A DNA stretch of 39,556 bases from contig JAZDCY010000057.1 in assembly GCA_036679645.1 (NCBI GenBank), positions 1 through 39,556 on the forward strand, written 5' to 3'. This DNA is from Gemmatimonadota bacterium. GTDB taxonomy: Bacteria > Gemmatimonadota > Gemmatimonadetes > Gemmatimonadales > GWC2-71-9. Shown here in pieces: positions 15,001-27,533 of this stretch (position 1 is its first letter; each line of letters starts with the position of its first letter). Below the pieces are notes generated by a model. That model made no database searches. It was not told the DNA's origin and saw only the letters and a list, made by a program, of their open reading frames with translations. The position numbers and the translations under genes were made by a program.

Positions 15001-17600
15001 GACAGCGCCAGCCCGCTCTGGCCAGCCGCCCCTGGCTGCGTCGTCAGGCTCAGCTGCGCCGCCGTACCCGCCGCAAGCGTGATCGTCCCCGAGGTCGCCC
15101 CCGTCAAACTCGGCGCACCGAACGTCAGCGTGTAGCCGCCGATCGCGCCCGTCACCGTGAGCCCCGCGAACGTCGCCACACCACTCGCGTTCGTTGTGGC
15201 TGTAGCACTAGTGAGGCCTGGAGTACCGCCGGGATCCGTGGCGATCGTCGCCGTGACCACCACACCAGCCTGGCTCACGGGGTTGGCGCTCGCGTCCCGT
15301 AGCTGTACCACTGGCTGTTGCCCCAACACGATCCCGCTCTGCCCCGCCGCCGACGGCTGCGTCGTCAACGTCAACTGCGTCGCGGCACCCGCGCCCACGG
15401 TAATCGTCCCCGAGGTCGCGCCGGTCAACGAGGTGGCTGCGAAGCCAAGTGTTCGAGTGCCGGCGATTCCCGTAATGAGCAGGTCGGTGAACGCCGCGAC
15501 ACCACTTGCATTGGTGAGCAGGCTCAGCGTGCCACCCAGCGTTCCAGCGCCGGACTCGATCGTCGCAACGACCTGCACACCGGCCTGGCTCACGGCGTTC
15601 CCGCTCGCGTCACGCAACTGGATGACCGGTTGCTGCAAGAACAGCACACCGCTTTGCGCGTCCGCCGACGGCTGCGTGGTGATCGTCAACTGGTTAACCG
15701 GTCCGGCGCCCACGGTGATCGGATCGGACGTCGCCTGGGCGAGCAGTGGTGCCGTGAAGCGCAACGTGCGGACGCCGATGGTGCCCGAGAGACCGAGATC
15801 GGTGAACGCGGCTGTGCCGCCGGCGTTCGTCGTTGCGGTCGCAGTACCGCCGAGCGCGCCCCCGCCCGTCTCGACGGCCGCCGTCACGAGGACACCGCTC
15901 TGGCTCACGGCATTCCCCGCGGCGTCCTGTATCTGAACCACGGGCTGCTGCGGGAACGTCACGCCGCTCTGCGCCGCGCTCGACGGCTGGGTAGTGAGAA
16001 ACAGCTGGGCCGCGGCACCGGGACTCAGCGTAGTTGTGCCGGACGTGGCCGGCGTGAGGGAGGGCGCGGTGAATCTGAGCGTGTACGTGCCAACGGGTCC
16101 CGAGATGGAGAGATCGGAGAACGTCGCGATGCCGAAGGCGTCCGTTGAGGCGGTGAGCGCGCCACCGAGCGTACCTCCCGGACCAGAGGCGATCACGGCG
16201 GTGACGACCACGCCGCCCTGACTGACGGGGTTCCCGCCGGCATCCTGGATCTGGACGGCCGGCTGCGTGGTGAGAATCACGCCACTCTGCGCCGACGAGG
16301 GTGGCTGTGTCACGATCGCCAGTCCGCCGGCAGATCCGGCGGTCGCCATTGCCGTGAAGACAACCGGGCTACCCGCCAAACCAAACGACGTCGCGGTCAG
16401 CGTGTTCGTGCCGGCGACTGCGCTCAACGTCCATGACGTCGCGCTCGCGATTCCAGTGATTCCCGAGGTAACAGGCGTCGGGGGCGTGACTGCTCCGTTC
16501 CCGGGGGCCGCGGCGAACGTGACCTGGACACCGGACACGGGGTTTCCGCTGATGTCGGTGATCAGCACTGACGGGGGCGTCGCGACGGACGTGCCCACGA
16601 TGGCCGACTGGTTATTGCCGTCGTTCATGGCAATCTGGGCTGCGGCACCCGCCACGACGTCTATCCCGGTGGAAACCGGGTCTGGTGCCACACCCACCGC
16701 GGAGAATTGCAGCGTGCGAATGCCCGTGACGCCGGTGACGCGCAGGTCCGTGAACGCCGCGACCCCGCTCGCGTCGGTCGTGACGGTTAGGGTACCGCCC
16801 AACGTTCCGGCGCCTGTCGCGAGCGCCGCGGTTACGACGACTCCGCTCTGACCAACGGCGTTCTCCGCTGCGTCACGCAACTGCAGAACGGGCTGTGACG
16901 CGAACACGACGCCGTTCGCAACAGTTCCGGACGGTTGGGTAGTGATGGTGAGATGCGTCGCGGTCCCAGGGCTCAGGACCACCGCATTTGAGATCACCGC
17001 CGTGAGGTTGGGAACGGAGAACCTGATCGTGTACGTGCCGACCGGCCCGCTCAGCGTGAGAGCGCCAAAGGTGGCGATCCCCGCCGCGTCGGTGCTGGCG
17101 GTCGTCGAGGCAAGGACGCCGCCGAGCGGACCCGTTGCGATCTCGGCGGTCAGCGTGACGCCCGGCTGGTTCACCGGGTTGCCGTTGACGTCGCGGAGTT
17201 CGACGCGCGGTTGGACGGCAAAGGGTTGACCGCTCTGCGCTGCGCCCGATGGTTGTGTCAACACGGCCAGTTGCGTCGCGAGACCTGCCGTGATCGAAAA
17301 CGCGCTGCTCGAGGCATCCGGCAGACCGGCGGCGCTGGCCCGCAAGGCAAAGCCGCTGCCCGCGACGTTAATCGTCAGGTCGACGAACGTCGCCACGCCG
17401 TTGGCGCCGGCGACGGCAAGCGTCCCGCCGAGCGTCGCTCCCGGGACACCAGTACCAGGCGCAATCGCAATCGTAATCGTGCCGGCAAAGGCGGTATCCA
17501 CTCCCCCGCCGGGCTCGTGTGCCTCGACGACGATCGGCGGTGTTATGACCGCCCCCGCCGGAGTGTTATTGGGCTGTGTCGTGAAGACCAACTGGCTGGC
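1..17600 (-). repeat. ~56 tandem Ig-like repeats of 315/321 bp (105/107 aa)
   Basis: The 'DxxGNxV' motif recurs at ~52, 373, 694, 1015, 1330, 1651 ... 15910, 16228, 16540, 16858, 17176 and ~17495. Consensus is approximately GxAxQLxITTQPSxxAQSGxxFxQQPVxQLRDxxGNAVSQxGVVVTAxIATG..LTATTNASGVATFTxLxITGxIGxRTLxFxAxxLTGxTSxxITL. Confidence 0.9.
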
Positions 17601-19522
17601 GGGAACCGCAACCCGCAGGTCTGTCGCCGACTCAGAATTCGCACCGAACGGCGCCCACGCGCTGGCGTTCCCGAGACTGTCGACGGCGCGCGCCTGCCAG
17701 TGATAGTCCGTATCATCGTTCAGGCCCGGGACGCGCACGAACGCCGTCGTGCTACCCGGGCCGAGTGTGCCGCTCGCGGTGGGTACTCGAGTGAAGGCCT
17801 GGCCCAAAGGTAGTATCTCGACCTCCAGCCGAATCCGATCGCCAGGATCCGGATCCGTCAGCATCGCACCGACCACCACGGCGTTCTCACCCGTGGACGC
17901 GCCTAGTGCGATGAGCGACGTACTATCTGTCTGGAACTGCTCGAGACCCGACGGCACGTCTGGCACAGACGGGACGGCAACGAAGAAATCGGTAGCGCTC
18001 TCGGGATTCGCGCCGAAGGAGACCCAGGGGCCGCTGCGGCCGGTCTCGTCGACCGTGCGCGCCTGCCAGTGGTAGTTGGTGTTGTCGCTGAGTCCCGTGA
18101 CCGTCGCAAGCGCCGGTACGCCCGGCGGAACGAGCTGACTCGCACTGCTCACGATCTGGGTGAAGGGTGCTCCTATCGGCTGGATCTCGACCTCGAGGCG
18201 CAGCAAGTCGCCCGGATCCGGATCTGCCAACGTCCCCTGGAGAACGATGGTCGCCTCGTCTGTGGTACCTCCCACCGCGATGACGGTGACCTGATCGCTC
18301 TTGCGTTGTCCCAGCGATGCCGTGGTGAGTGGGGCCTCGGGAATCGCCACCTGAAAATCTGTGACACCTTCCGAGTTCCCGCCGAACGGTATCCACGCGC
18401 TCGCGCGTCCCGTGCGGTCGATCGCGCGGGCACGCCAGTGGAAGGGCGTATCGTCGGCAAGGCCGTCCACTCGCACGACCGCGGTATCACCAGAGGAGAC
18501 GAACGAAGTCCCTCAGCCGCCGCCGCCGGATTCGTGAAGGGGGTACCGATGGGCACGACCTCCACCTCGAGGCGGATCTGATCGGTCGTATCGGGATCGG
18601 TTACCACGGCGCGGAAGACCGCGCTGGTTTCCAGGATCGACGCGCCGACGGTCAGGACTGTGGTGCTGTCGCTGGCAAGCTGTTGCGGTGTGATGGGATC
18701 GGCCGGTGGGCGCGGTCGTGTCACTTCGAGTGAGAAGGTGCCGGTCGCGCGCGCGTCGGACGAGCTGACTTCGAGGAGGTAGTTCCCGCTTCGCGGAAGG
18801 AGCAGGTAGACAAAGCAGGCGTCGGGTGTCGTACCGAGGCAATCATCTGTCTGCGCCAGCGGTGGAGCTGCCGCCGCCGTCGCGCTGTCCACCGTGAGGA
18901 ACGGGTCGAAATCGGAAGACCGGACGGTGACGGTGATGGAGTCCCCACCCACCGCTGCCAAACGGAACAGCTTCCCAAATCGATCCGGGCGGTGTGGTGC
19001 CTCACAGTCGGCTTGTCCGAGGGAATCGGTTGCCACGCCATCGACCACCGCAGGCGAGACCGAGCAGGGCGTGATGTGGAACCGCACCGGGACCCGGACC
19101 GGATCACGGCCGGAACTCGGCACGTCGATGATCAACGTGTCGTTGTAGTCGGCGACGGCGAGCCCCGCCGGATTGAAGGTGAGGGTGACCGCCATTGGAG
19201 TTGACCCGCTCGTCGCCGACAGGGCCAGCCAGGTACTGCCGCGCGCACGCGAGGCGGTCCACGAGATCGACCCAGGGCCCTGGTTGTCGATTTCGAGCGT
19301 TACCTGGCGCAGCTGTGCGCTACCAACGGCCGCGGAATCGAGGAGGATCGCCTCCGAGATTACGAGCGACCCCAAGTCGGGTGTGGTCACGAGTTCGTCG
19401 AGCTTGCAGGTGGACAACAGCACGGCCGACACCGCCGAGAGGAGGCCGGCGATGACGCGGCGCGAGGTGCGCCGTGGGGTAGTAGCTGCCGTGGGGCCGG
19501 GAGGGGTCCCGAGTGGTCTCAC
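1..19522 (-). CDS. Giant repetitive Ig-like lipoprotein/adhesin (>6,500 aa, 3' end beyond window, 1-nt frameshift at ~18511)
   Basis: The N-terminal ~337 aa are in ORF 18173..19522: lipobox-like VLLST-C, BACON-like ISWTAS..WLALSATSGSTP, PPC-like GDSITVTVRSSDFDPFL..LPRSGNYLLEV. After GAG GG|ACT the protein continues in another frame (TSFVSSGDTAVVRVDGLADDTPFHWRARA...). I translated that frame at both ends (it reads ..GNAVAQLGTLITVTINANP at positions 59-3). The ORF track lists no stop-terminated ORF in this frame below 18512, and all antisense shadow ORFs from 565 to 17749 keep one phase, so the frame appears open to position 1. Confidence 0.9.
17605..18710 (-). repeat. Three tandem ~120-aa FN3-like repeats in the giant protein
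   Basis: Three copies of DPD..D.(I/L)RLEVE..P.G..FT...GL.D.T.(F/Y)HW.AR.(I/V)D..G....W..FG.N.E..TD. The first copy is cut by the frameshift. Confidence 0.75.
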
Positions 19523-19605
19523 GTGCGTAATCAGGTGTCGAGCGTTGCCAACCAGCCACGGGCCGACGCGAATCCCGCGGAGCGAGCCTATCTAGTGATA
19601 GGGAG

Positions 19606-19621
19606 GGCGAATATTGTGCCC
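19606..19621 (-). promoter_or_regulatory. Possible sigma-54 -24/-12 promoter of the giant adhesin gene
   Basis: The minus strand reads GGGCACAATATTCGCC. This has GG-N10-GC spacing with a GGCAC core, ~85 bp upstream of the GTG start at 19522. It deviates from TGGCAC-N5-TTGC at two positions. Confidence 0.4.
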
Positions 19622-19669
19622 TCGATGAGGCTGGGGTGAGGGGTGCCTATTCGGACATCGGCCGGGTGA

Positions 19670-19689
19670 CTGTTGCGCCCATGCAACAG
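19670..19689. promoter_or_regulatory. Palindrome CTGTTGC-N6-GCAACAG (candidate activator site, or hairpin)
   Basis: Perfect 7-bp inverted repeat in the intergenic gap between the SDR gene and the giant gene. Confidence 0.35.
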
Positions 19690-19712
19690 GCTTTTTGGCC
19701 CACCTCCTCGAA

Positions 19713-20462
19713 TCAGGTCTCCTGCTCCGTAGGGCGCACCAACAGCTCGTTCACATTCACCCGCGACGGTTGGCTGACCGCATAGACGATTGCGTGGGCG
19801 ACGTCCTCCGCTTCGAGCGGGGTCCGCTCGGCCCAAGTCGTTTTGAATCGGTCGCGAATCTCCACATTGGGGATCGTGTCGGTGAGTTCGGTAGCGACGA
19901 CCCCGGGCTCGATGTCGGTAACCCGGATGTTCATGGTCGGCGAGAGTTCGAGTCTCAGCCCTGCGGATATGGCACGAACGGCGTATTTCGTTGCTGCGTA
20001 CACGGTCCCGCCTGGGAACGGGCGGCGGCCGGCCACCGATCCCACGTTGACAATGTGCCCGCAGCCCCGCTCGATCATGTACGGCAGGACTTCCGCCGTG
20101 CAGTAAAGTAGGCCCTTGATGTTCACATCGATCATGCGGTCCCAGTCCTCCACCCGGGCCTCGCGCACGGGTGAGAGCGGCATGATGCCAGCGTTGTTCA
20201 CCAGGATATCGATCCGCTCGAACATGTCCGCCGCGAGGCCAACCATACACTCCACTTCCACTCGCCGCGCGACATCGGTCTGGACCGCCAACGCACGACC
20301 TCCTTCCCCGACGATGCGGTCGCGCAGCGCGCTCAGCCGATCCTCCCGGCGAGCGGCGAGGACCACAGCAGCTCCCGCGCGCGCCAGCAGTCGCGCCGTG
20401 GCTTCACCGATTCCGCTCGACGCGCCCGTCACGATGGCAACGCGCCCGCTCAGGGCACTCAT
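19713..20462 (-). CDS. Short-chain dehydrogenase/reductase (NADP-type SDR)
   Basis: TGASSGIG, ARR, NNAG and YAATK catalytic motif. Likely start ATG 20462 (MSALSGR). Confidence 0.95.
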   Translation of the reverse strand: MSALSGRVAIVTGASSGIGEATARLLARAGAAVVLAARREDRLSALRDRIVGEGGRALAVQTDVARRVEVECMVGLAADMFERIDILVNNAGIMPLSPVREARVEDWDRMIDVNIKGLLYCTAEVLPYMIERGCGHIVNVGSVAGRRPFPGGTVYAATKYAVRAISAGLRLELSPTMNIRVTDIEPGVVATELTDTIPNVEIRDRFKTTWAERTPLEAEDVAHAIVYAVSQPSRVNVNELLVRPTEQET

Positions 20463-20624
20463 GGGCCCTGTCCCGGGCCACATCGGCAAATGGGTGGCCC
20501 GGATTTTCCTGCGATTCTGGGCACGTTCATGTGAGGTGGCCCCGTAAGGTTAGCACTGACAGGGATTTGAGAGTAAGTTATCGTGCGGCTGACGTAACGA
20601 CCGTTCACGAAGGTGGCGCAGCTC

Positions 20625-22025
20625 ATGTCTACCATAACTCGACCCGAACTAGAGACGATGTCCCCTCACAATTCTTCAGCAATCGGCAAGACTGGCGAAG
20701 ATCTCAATCCGTTTCACATTGCGCAACAGCAGTTCGATGCGGCCGCGCGCTATATGCCGGACCTTCCCCAAGGGGTGGCCGAATTCCTCAAGCGTCCGGC
20801 GCGCATGCTAGTTGTGGAATTCCCCATCGAGACATCGGATGGCACCGTACTGAACTTCGTGGGGTACCGCTGCCTCCACAACAGTGTGCGCGGTCCGGGC
20901 AAGGGTGGCATCCGCTATCATCAGGATGTGACGGCGGACGAAGTGCGGGCGCTTGCGTGCTGGATGACGTGGAAGTGCGCGGTGATCGACGTTCCCTTTG
21001 GCGGAGCCAAGGGTGGGGTCGCCTTCAATCCCAAGGAGTTCCCGGAATCTGACATCCGCAAGGTCACCAGGCGGTTCATCGCGGCACTGGGCGACAACAT
21101 CGGGCCGCACACTGATATTCCGGCGCCGGACGTCAATACGAATGCCGGGACGATGTCGAGGATATACGACACGTTCGACATGATGCACGCCGGCGCGAAC
21201 AACCTTCCGGTGGTGACGGGTAAACCCGTCGATATCGGTGGGTCGCTCGGGCGGCGCGAAGCCACTGCGCGCGGATGTCTTTTTGCCACGCGGCGCGCGC
21301 TCGAACGGGGAATCGTCGACGGCCTCGATACGCTTCAGGGCGCGACGGTAGTCATCCAGGGGTTCGGGAACGCCGGCTCGATTGCGGCCGAGCTATTCGA
21401 GGGCGACGGCGCCCGCATCATAGCGGTGAGCGATTCACGGGGCGCCATTACCTGCGCGGAAGGTATCGACCTCACCGCGGCGCGGGCGCACAAGCAGCAG
21501 ACCGGATCGGTCGTGGGCCTCCCGGGCACCAAGGATATCTCGAACGAAGAACTTCTCGCTGCCGAATGCGATGTCCTCATACCGGCGGCGCTCGAGAATC
21601 AGATTCGGGAAGACAACGCACACACTATACGCGCACGAATCATCATCGAGGCCGCAAACGGCCCGACCACCCCCGCCGGCGATCGCATTCTGTTCAGTCG
21701 CGGTATTCCCGTCATGCCGGACATCCTCGCAAATGCGGGCGGTGTCACGGTCAGCTACTTCGAGTGGGTGCAGAACATCGAGAACGAGCAATGGGATCTC
21801 GAACAGGTGAACACGAAGCTGCTGAAGAAGATGCGGCGCGCGACAGACGCCGTGATAGACAAGCAGCAGGAGGTCAACAGTTCACTCGCCGAGTTGGAGA
21901 CGGAACGGGAACGGAACGGTGACAACGGCTCCAAGCTCACACCGGTCGACCTGCGCATGGCCGCCTACGTTTTGGCCATCCGCAGAGTTGCCAGCGCCAC
22001 GCTCGAACGAGGCATCTGGCCGTAG
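20625..22025 (+). CDS. gdhA: Glu/Leu/Phe/Val dehydrogenase (glutamate dehydrogenase-like)
   Basis: RGPGKGGIRY, MTWKCA, PFGGAKGG, DIPAPDVNT, GFGNAG, EAANGPTT, NAGGVTVSYFEW. Start is uncertain (20613/20625/20658). Confidence 0.92.
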   Translation: MSTITRPELETMSPHNSSAIGKTGEDLNPFHIAQQQFDAAARYMPDLPQGVAEFLKRPARMLVVEFPIETSDGTVLNFVGYRCLHNSVRGPGKGGIRYHQDVTADEVRALACWMTWKCAVIDVPFGGAKGGVAFNPKEFPESDIRKVTRRFIAALGDNIGPHTDIPAPDVNTNAGTMSRIYDTFDMMHAGANNLPVVTGKPVDIGGSLGRREATARGCLFATRRALERGIVDGLDTLQGATVVIQGFGNAGSIAAELFEGDGARIIAVSDSRGAITCAEGIDLTAARAHKQQTGSVVGLPGTKDISNEELLAAECDVLIPAALENQIREDNAHTIRARIIIEAANGPTTPAGDRILFSRGIPVMPDILANAGGVTVSYFEWVQNIENEQWDLEQVNTKLLKKMRRATDAVIDKQQEVNSSLAELETERERNGDNGSKLTPVDLRMAAYVLAIRRVASATLERGIWP

Positions 22026-22031
22026 ACGCGC

Positions 22032-22814
22032 TCACCGCCGCTGCATTCGCGACCGTTGCCGCTCGGCAATTTCCACGAGTCGGCGCAATTCGGCGATTGG
22101 TTGGTCGTGATCATCGACCTGGAGTTGTAGCACGACATCATTGTTGAGCCATACGCCGCCGTCTTCCTTGACGATGAGCATGGCGGCGGATTGCATGCCT
22201 CGTCGGTCCCCGCCTGCCGCCTGACCCGCCTCGAGCGCCGCAAGCAACCGCAGTGACAAATGGCCTTCGGTCGCTTCGAACGCGCGCACCATCTCAGCTA
22301 CCACCTCCGGCCCGGCCAAGATGTTGCCCTGGGCCGAGCAAAACTCACCGATCACATGGCCCGCCCATTCGCTAGCCCGGGGCCCCGTATGCGTGGCGAC
22401 ATTGCCCGTCGCATCCATGACCGAGAACTGGCGTCCCGCCTCGGGCCAGCGTTCGGGGAGAGGGTCGGGGTCATCCGCCAGAATTCGCTCTACGATGTCA
22501 CGAGGCGTCATTGCCTGCCTCAGAAGTCGGAGCCCCTGCGGACCGTACGAGACATCGACCCATGCCTGCGTCGCGACCACGCCCACACCAGCCTCGGCCC
22601 AGAGCACGCCGTTCCCGACCGAGAAAACGCGGGACTGAACGGCTCCGCCGACCTCGCCCGTTTCGGGGTCGTAGCCGAGGATGGAAAAGGTGGCGACGGG
22701 TGGCCACGGCATCCGGGCGAGGTCGGGACGATCCTGCGCGTCGAGCGAGCCGGGCCAAACGAGTCCCAGTGCGACGAGCGCGAGCCACGGGCCACGTAGG
22801 CGTTCATTGTTCAT
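22032..22814 (-). CDS. Secreted DUF1028 family (Ntn-hydrolase-like) protein
   Basis: Signal peptide followed by ATFSI..DP.TGE.G, GVVATQA, AQGNILAG, GGDRRGMQSAA and VDDHDQPIAEL. Confidence 0.88.
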   Translation of the reverse strand: MNNERLRGPWLALVALGLVWPGSLDAQDRPDLARMPWPPVATFSILGYDPETGEVGGAVQSRVFSVGNGVLWAEAGVGVVATQAWVDVSYGPQGLRLLRQAMTPRDIVERILADDPDPLPERWPEAGRQFSVMDATGNVATHTGPRASEWAGHVIGEFCSAQGNILAGPEVVAEMVRAFEATEGHLSLRLLAALEAGQAAGGDRRGMQSAAMLIVKEDGGVWLNNDVVLQLQVDDHDQPIAELRRLVEIAERQRSRMQRR

Positions 22815-22985
22815 CGAGCACTTCCCGGTTGAGTACATGTCAACATCGTAGTACCAGATGACCGCCCTCTGTCACACCATCGTATGGCACTACCCCTCAG
22901 AAGATGCACGGTCTACGTTCTCGGCTTGTTGCACCCAGAGAGCGATGGAGCACCAACGGCTGGGAGTGAACCTCGGGCCGTTGAG

Positions 22986-23178
22986 CTAGGGGAGGTTCGG
23001 GTTGGGCGCCATCGATACGAGTACCACGAGCCTCACTTTGCTGAGGTTCTCCACCCCGTGCGCCTCGTCGGGCGCGGACCAAGCAACGCCGCCGGGGCCG
23101 AAGGTGCGCGTGGCGGTTCACCTTCTGCATCCTATCCGCCGCGAAGCGACGTAAGGCGCTAGTGTCCAGAAACCCCAT
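22986..23178 (-). pseudogene. Cupin-domain gene with internal deletion/frameshift
   Basis: ATG 23178 gives MGFLDTSALRRFAADRMQKVN. One base later a second frame gives ATRTFGPGGVAWSAPDEAHGVENLSKVRLVVLVSMAPNPNLP* (TAG at 22986), which resembles cupin motif 2. Cupin motif 1 (HxH...E) is absent. Confidence 0.65.
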
Positions 23179-23427
23179 GCGTGGAGTGTAACGTCCCGAG
23201 AACACCGCCGCACGGAACCTAGGTGCCGGGGACGCACGTCCGTGACGCCGACACACGCCCCTCCGTGCGCGAGCACCCGGACCGCAGCGCGTGACCGCTC
23301 AGGCTCATCGGGTGGTTTCTCTTTCCCCCCGCCGGAGATCTGGCTCGTTGCCGGTTGCAATTCCTGTCTCCAGGTCTTACGGTCCCGATTGACGGTATTG
23401 AATTGACCGACTACATCGGCCACGACC

Positions 23428-25515
<2,088 letters not shown>

Positions 25516-25604
25516 GTACGCATCAACCACATGCGTGGGTCTCCACACCGCGCCCCAAGCTGAGCGGCCGAGCGATCTGGAGAAGGGGTGACCGGAAGAC
25601 AGCG

Positions 25605-26849
25605 TCACTCCGTACTTCCCACACGTATGTCGAGTCGCTGGTGAGCCCGCCGGAGGTCCGCCTCCACTTGCTGGGGAGTCTCGCCCCTGGCAAAGATGAA
25701 TCCAAGGTAGCGCGATCCCTCGGGCAGGGGGACCAGTTCCATGCCCCGATGGGCGGTGATGACCACGTCTTCGATCCCGGGTTGCTCTCGGGCCTCTTCG
25801 ACCCCACCTACCTCCTCCAGGATTCCGGCGGTCGGGGTCGGAATCATCATGACTCCCGCCGCACAGCCCTCCCGAGGGGGCACCCCAATCAGGGGTCTCG
25901 TGGCGTGGCCCAGGATCACGTATTCAAGTGAATACTGACTCCGATCTCCGAATCGTAGTACCCGCCCACACTTGCCGCCGATGGGGCGGGCTGCCAACTC
26001 GATCAGCCAAGGACCGTGGTCGTTCAAGCGCAACTCGACGTGGACCGGTCCGTGAACCAGGCCGAGCGCTGCCGCGGTGCGTTGGGCGCAGTTCACCAAC
26101 CTGTCCTGCTGGTGACGTGGCAGACGCGACGGCGTTACATAGATGGTCTCCTCGAAGTACGGGCCCTCGAGAGGATCGGGCTTGTCGAACAGTGCCAGGA
26201 CCTGAAGCGCCCCGTCTATGAGCAAGCCCTCGATGGCGAACTCCGGTCCCGGTACATAGCGCTCCACTAGATACTCGCGGTCGTCGGCACCGGCCGTCTC
26301 GAGAATTCCTCGCAGTCTGGCATGTGCCACCGCGAACTCCTCGGACGTATTTGCCCGAATAACGCCTCGGCTGGCCGACAACGCGACGGGCTTGAGGACA
26401 CATGGGTATGGTACCTCGGCAGCGATCTGGCTCTGGTCGCCATCTAGAGCAACGAGCCGGAATTCCGGCACGGGCACACCCCGCTCACAAAGCACGTGCC
26501 GTTGCCGTGCCTTGCTCCTGGCGGCCTCGACCGCCGCGAGTGGATTCGCGGGAAGACCGAGGGCCTGGGAGAGGACGGCCGCCAATACCGCCGTATCATC
26601 GTCTACACCCACCACGGCAGAGAGTGGGTACCGCTGCGCGAACGCGCGGACTTTCTCTGCGGCCGCCGGCGGGCTATCCAGCGGCAACGTGATCAGGTCG
26701 GCGGGGTGTTGGTCCTGAAACGAGCTAGGCAGCTCGGACGCCACAGTCAGATCCCACCCGAGATCCTTGGCGGCTGCGACGAATGCGTCGGCCCGATAGG
26801 TCGTGGTCGGTAGCAGGAGCAGTAGGCGTGCCCGGGCGGGCGCATCCAC
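25605..26849 (-). CDS. ATP-grasp domain protein (carboxylate-amine ligase family)
   Basis: YPCVLKPVALSASRGVIRA, LVERYVPGPEFAIEG, HVELRL, IELAARPIGG. Starts directly after the NifU-like stop codon. Confidence 0.88.
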   Translation of the reverse strand: MDAPARARLLLLLPTTTYRADAFVAAAKDLGWDLTVASELPSSFQDQHPADLITLPLDSPPAAAEKVRAFAQRYPLSAVVGVDDDTAVLAAVLSQALGLPANPLAAVEAARSKARQRHVLCERGVPVPEFRLVALDGDQSQIAAEVPYPCVLKPVALSASRGVIRANTSEEFAVAHARLRGILETAGADDREYLVERYVPGPEFAIEGLLIDGALQVLALFDKPDPLEGPYFEETIYVTPSRLPRHQQDRLVNCAQRTAAALGLVHGPVHVELRLNDHGPWLIELAARPIGGKCGRVLRFGDRSQYSLEYVILGHATRPLIGVPPREGCAAGVMMIPTPTAGILEEVGGVEEAREQPGIEDVVITAHRGMELVPLPEGSRYLGFIFARGETPQQVEADLRRAHQRLDIRVGSTE

Positions 26850-26851
26850 GG

Positions 26852-27393
26852 TTACTTTTTCTCAGAGCTGAAATAGGGATTCGTTCCGCCGGAATGATCG
26901 GTGATGTCCTGAATCCCCCGAAGGGCCGGCAGGACCCGTTTCAGGCTGCCCTCTATTCCCTGTCGCAGGGTTACGTTGGCCATGCCGCACCCCTGGCACC
27001 CGCCCTGCATGCGCAACACGACGGTGGCGTCCTGCACACCATGTCATACATCATGTCATCGTCCATCTCCGGCTCCAGCGACCCCTCGCCTGCCGGCGCG
27101 GCCTCCATCCCTGACACGGCCGCCGTGATGGCATACTGCACCTGTTCTTCCAGATCGCACCACTGGAACGACGGGTTCTTCTCCACCTCGACGACGTGAT
27201 CCGCGAGCACGACCTCCACGATGCCTGGGACGCCCAGCACGGCTTCGGCAACAGGAACGCCAGCGGCATCACCGGGGGACACGAAACGGTGGGCCCCCGT
27301 CTCGGGAGCCGTGGGGTGGACGGGTTCGCTGACCCGGAATCGATACCGGGCGTCATTCATTGGTTCGGCGGCAATCGTGATTGAGTTGGGCAT
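26852..27393 (-). pseudogene. NifU/Nfu-type Fe-S carrier (Nfu_N + NifU-C), frameshifted with apparent internal deletion
   Basis: N-part runs MPNSITIAAEP...DDDMMYDMV. A different frame from 27037 gives VQDATVVLRMQGGCQGCGMANVTLRQGIE..DITDHSGGTNPYF. The family segment INP...HGG.V.L that normally precedes it is missing. Confidence 0.8.
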
Positions 27394-27533
27394 GACGTTA
27401 TCTAACAATCGCCGGGGTCGGAGGACAACAGTACGGGACGTAGAGCCGCCCGTGCGCGCGTTTTCATGTCATTCCTAAATACTCATGGTGTTTGATCACG
27501 GACAGGTATCCTTGCTCAACAAAGGGGGCAACG

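Noticed and set aside
1..17600. Periodic DNA repeats as a CRISPR array, DGR or mobile element
   Set aside because: The period is 315/321 bp with codon-position divergence. No identical short repeats, spacers, cas genes, reverse transcriptase or transposase were seen.
1..17600. Isopeptide or ester crosslinks in the giant protein's repeats
   Set aside because: I saw no conserved Lys and no HxDxxDxxQ-type motif in the repeat consensus.
18173..18512. C-terminal ~110 aa of ORF 18173..19522 as real protein
   Set aside because: Out-of-frame read-through after the frameshift; the other frame continues the repeat.
47..18581. Dozens of + strand and short minus-strand ORFs in the track (e.g. 7983..9242, 14011..15135)
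   Set aside because: They are antisense or alternate-frame shadows of the giant minus-strand gene and repeat with its periodicity.
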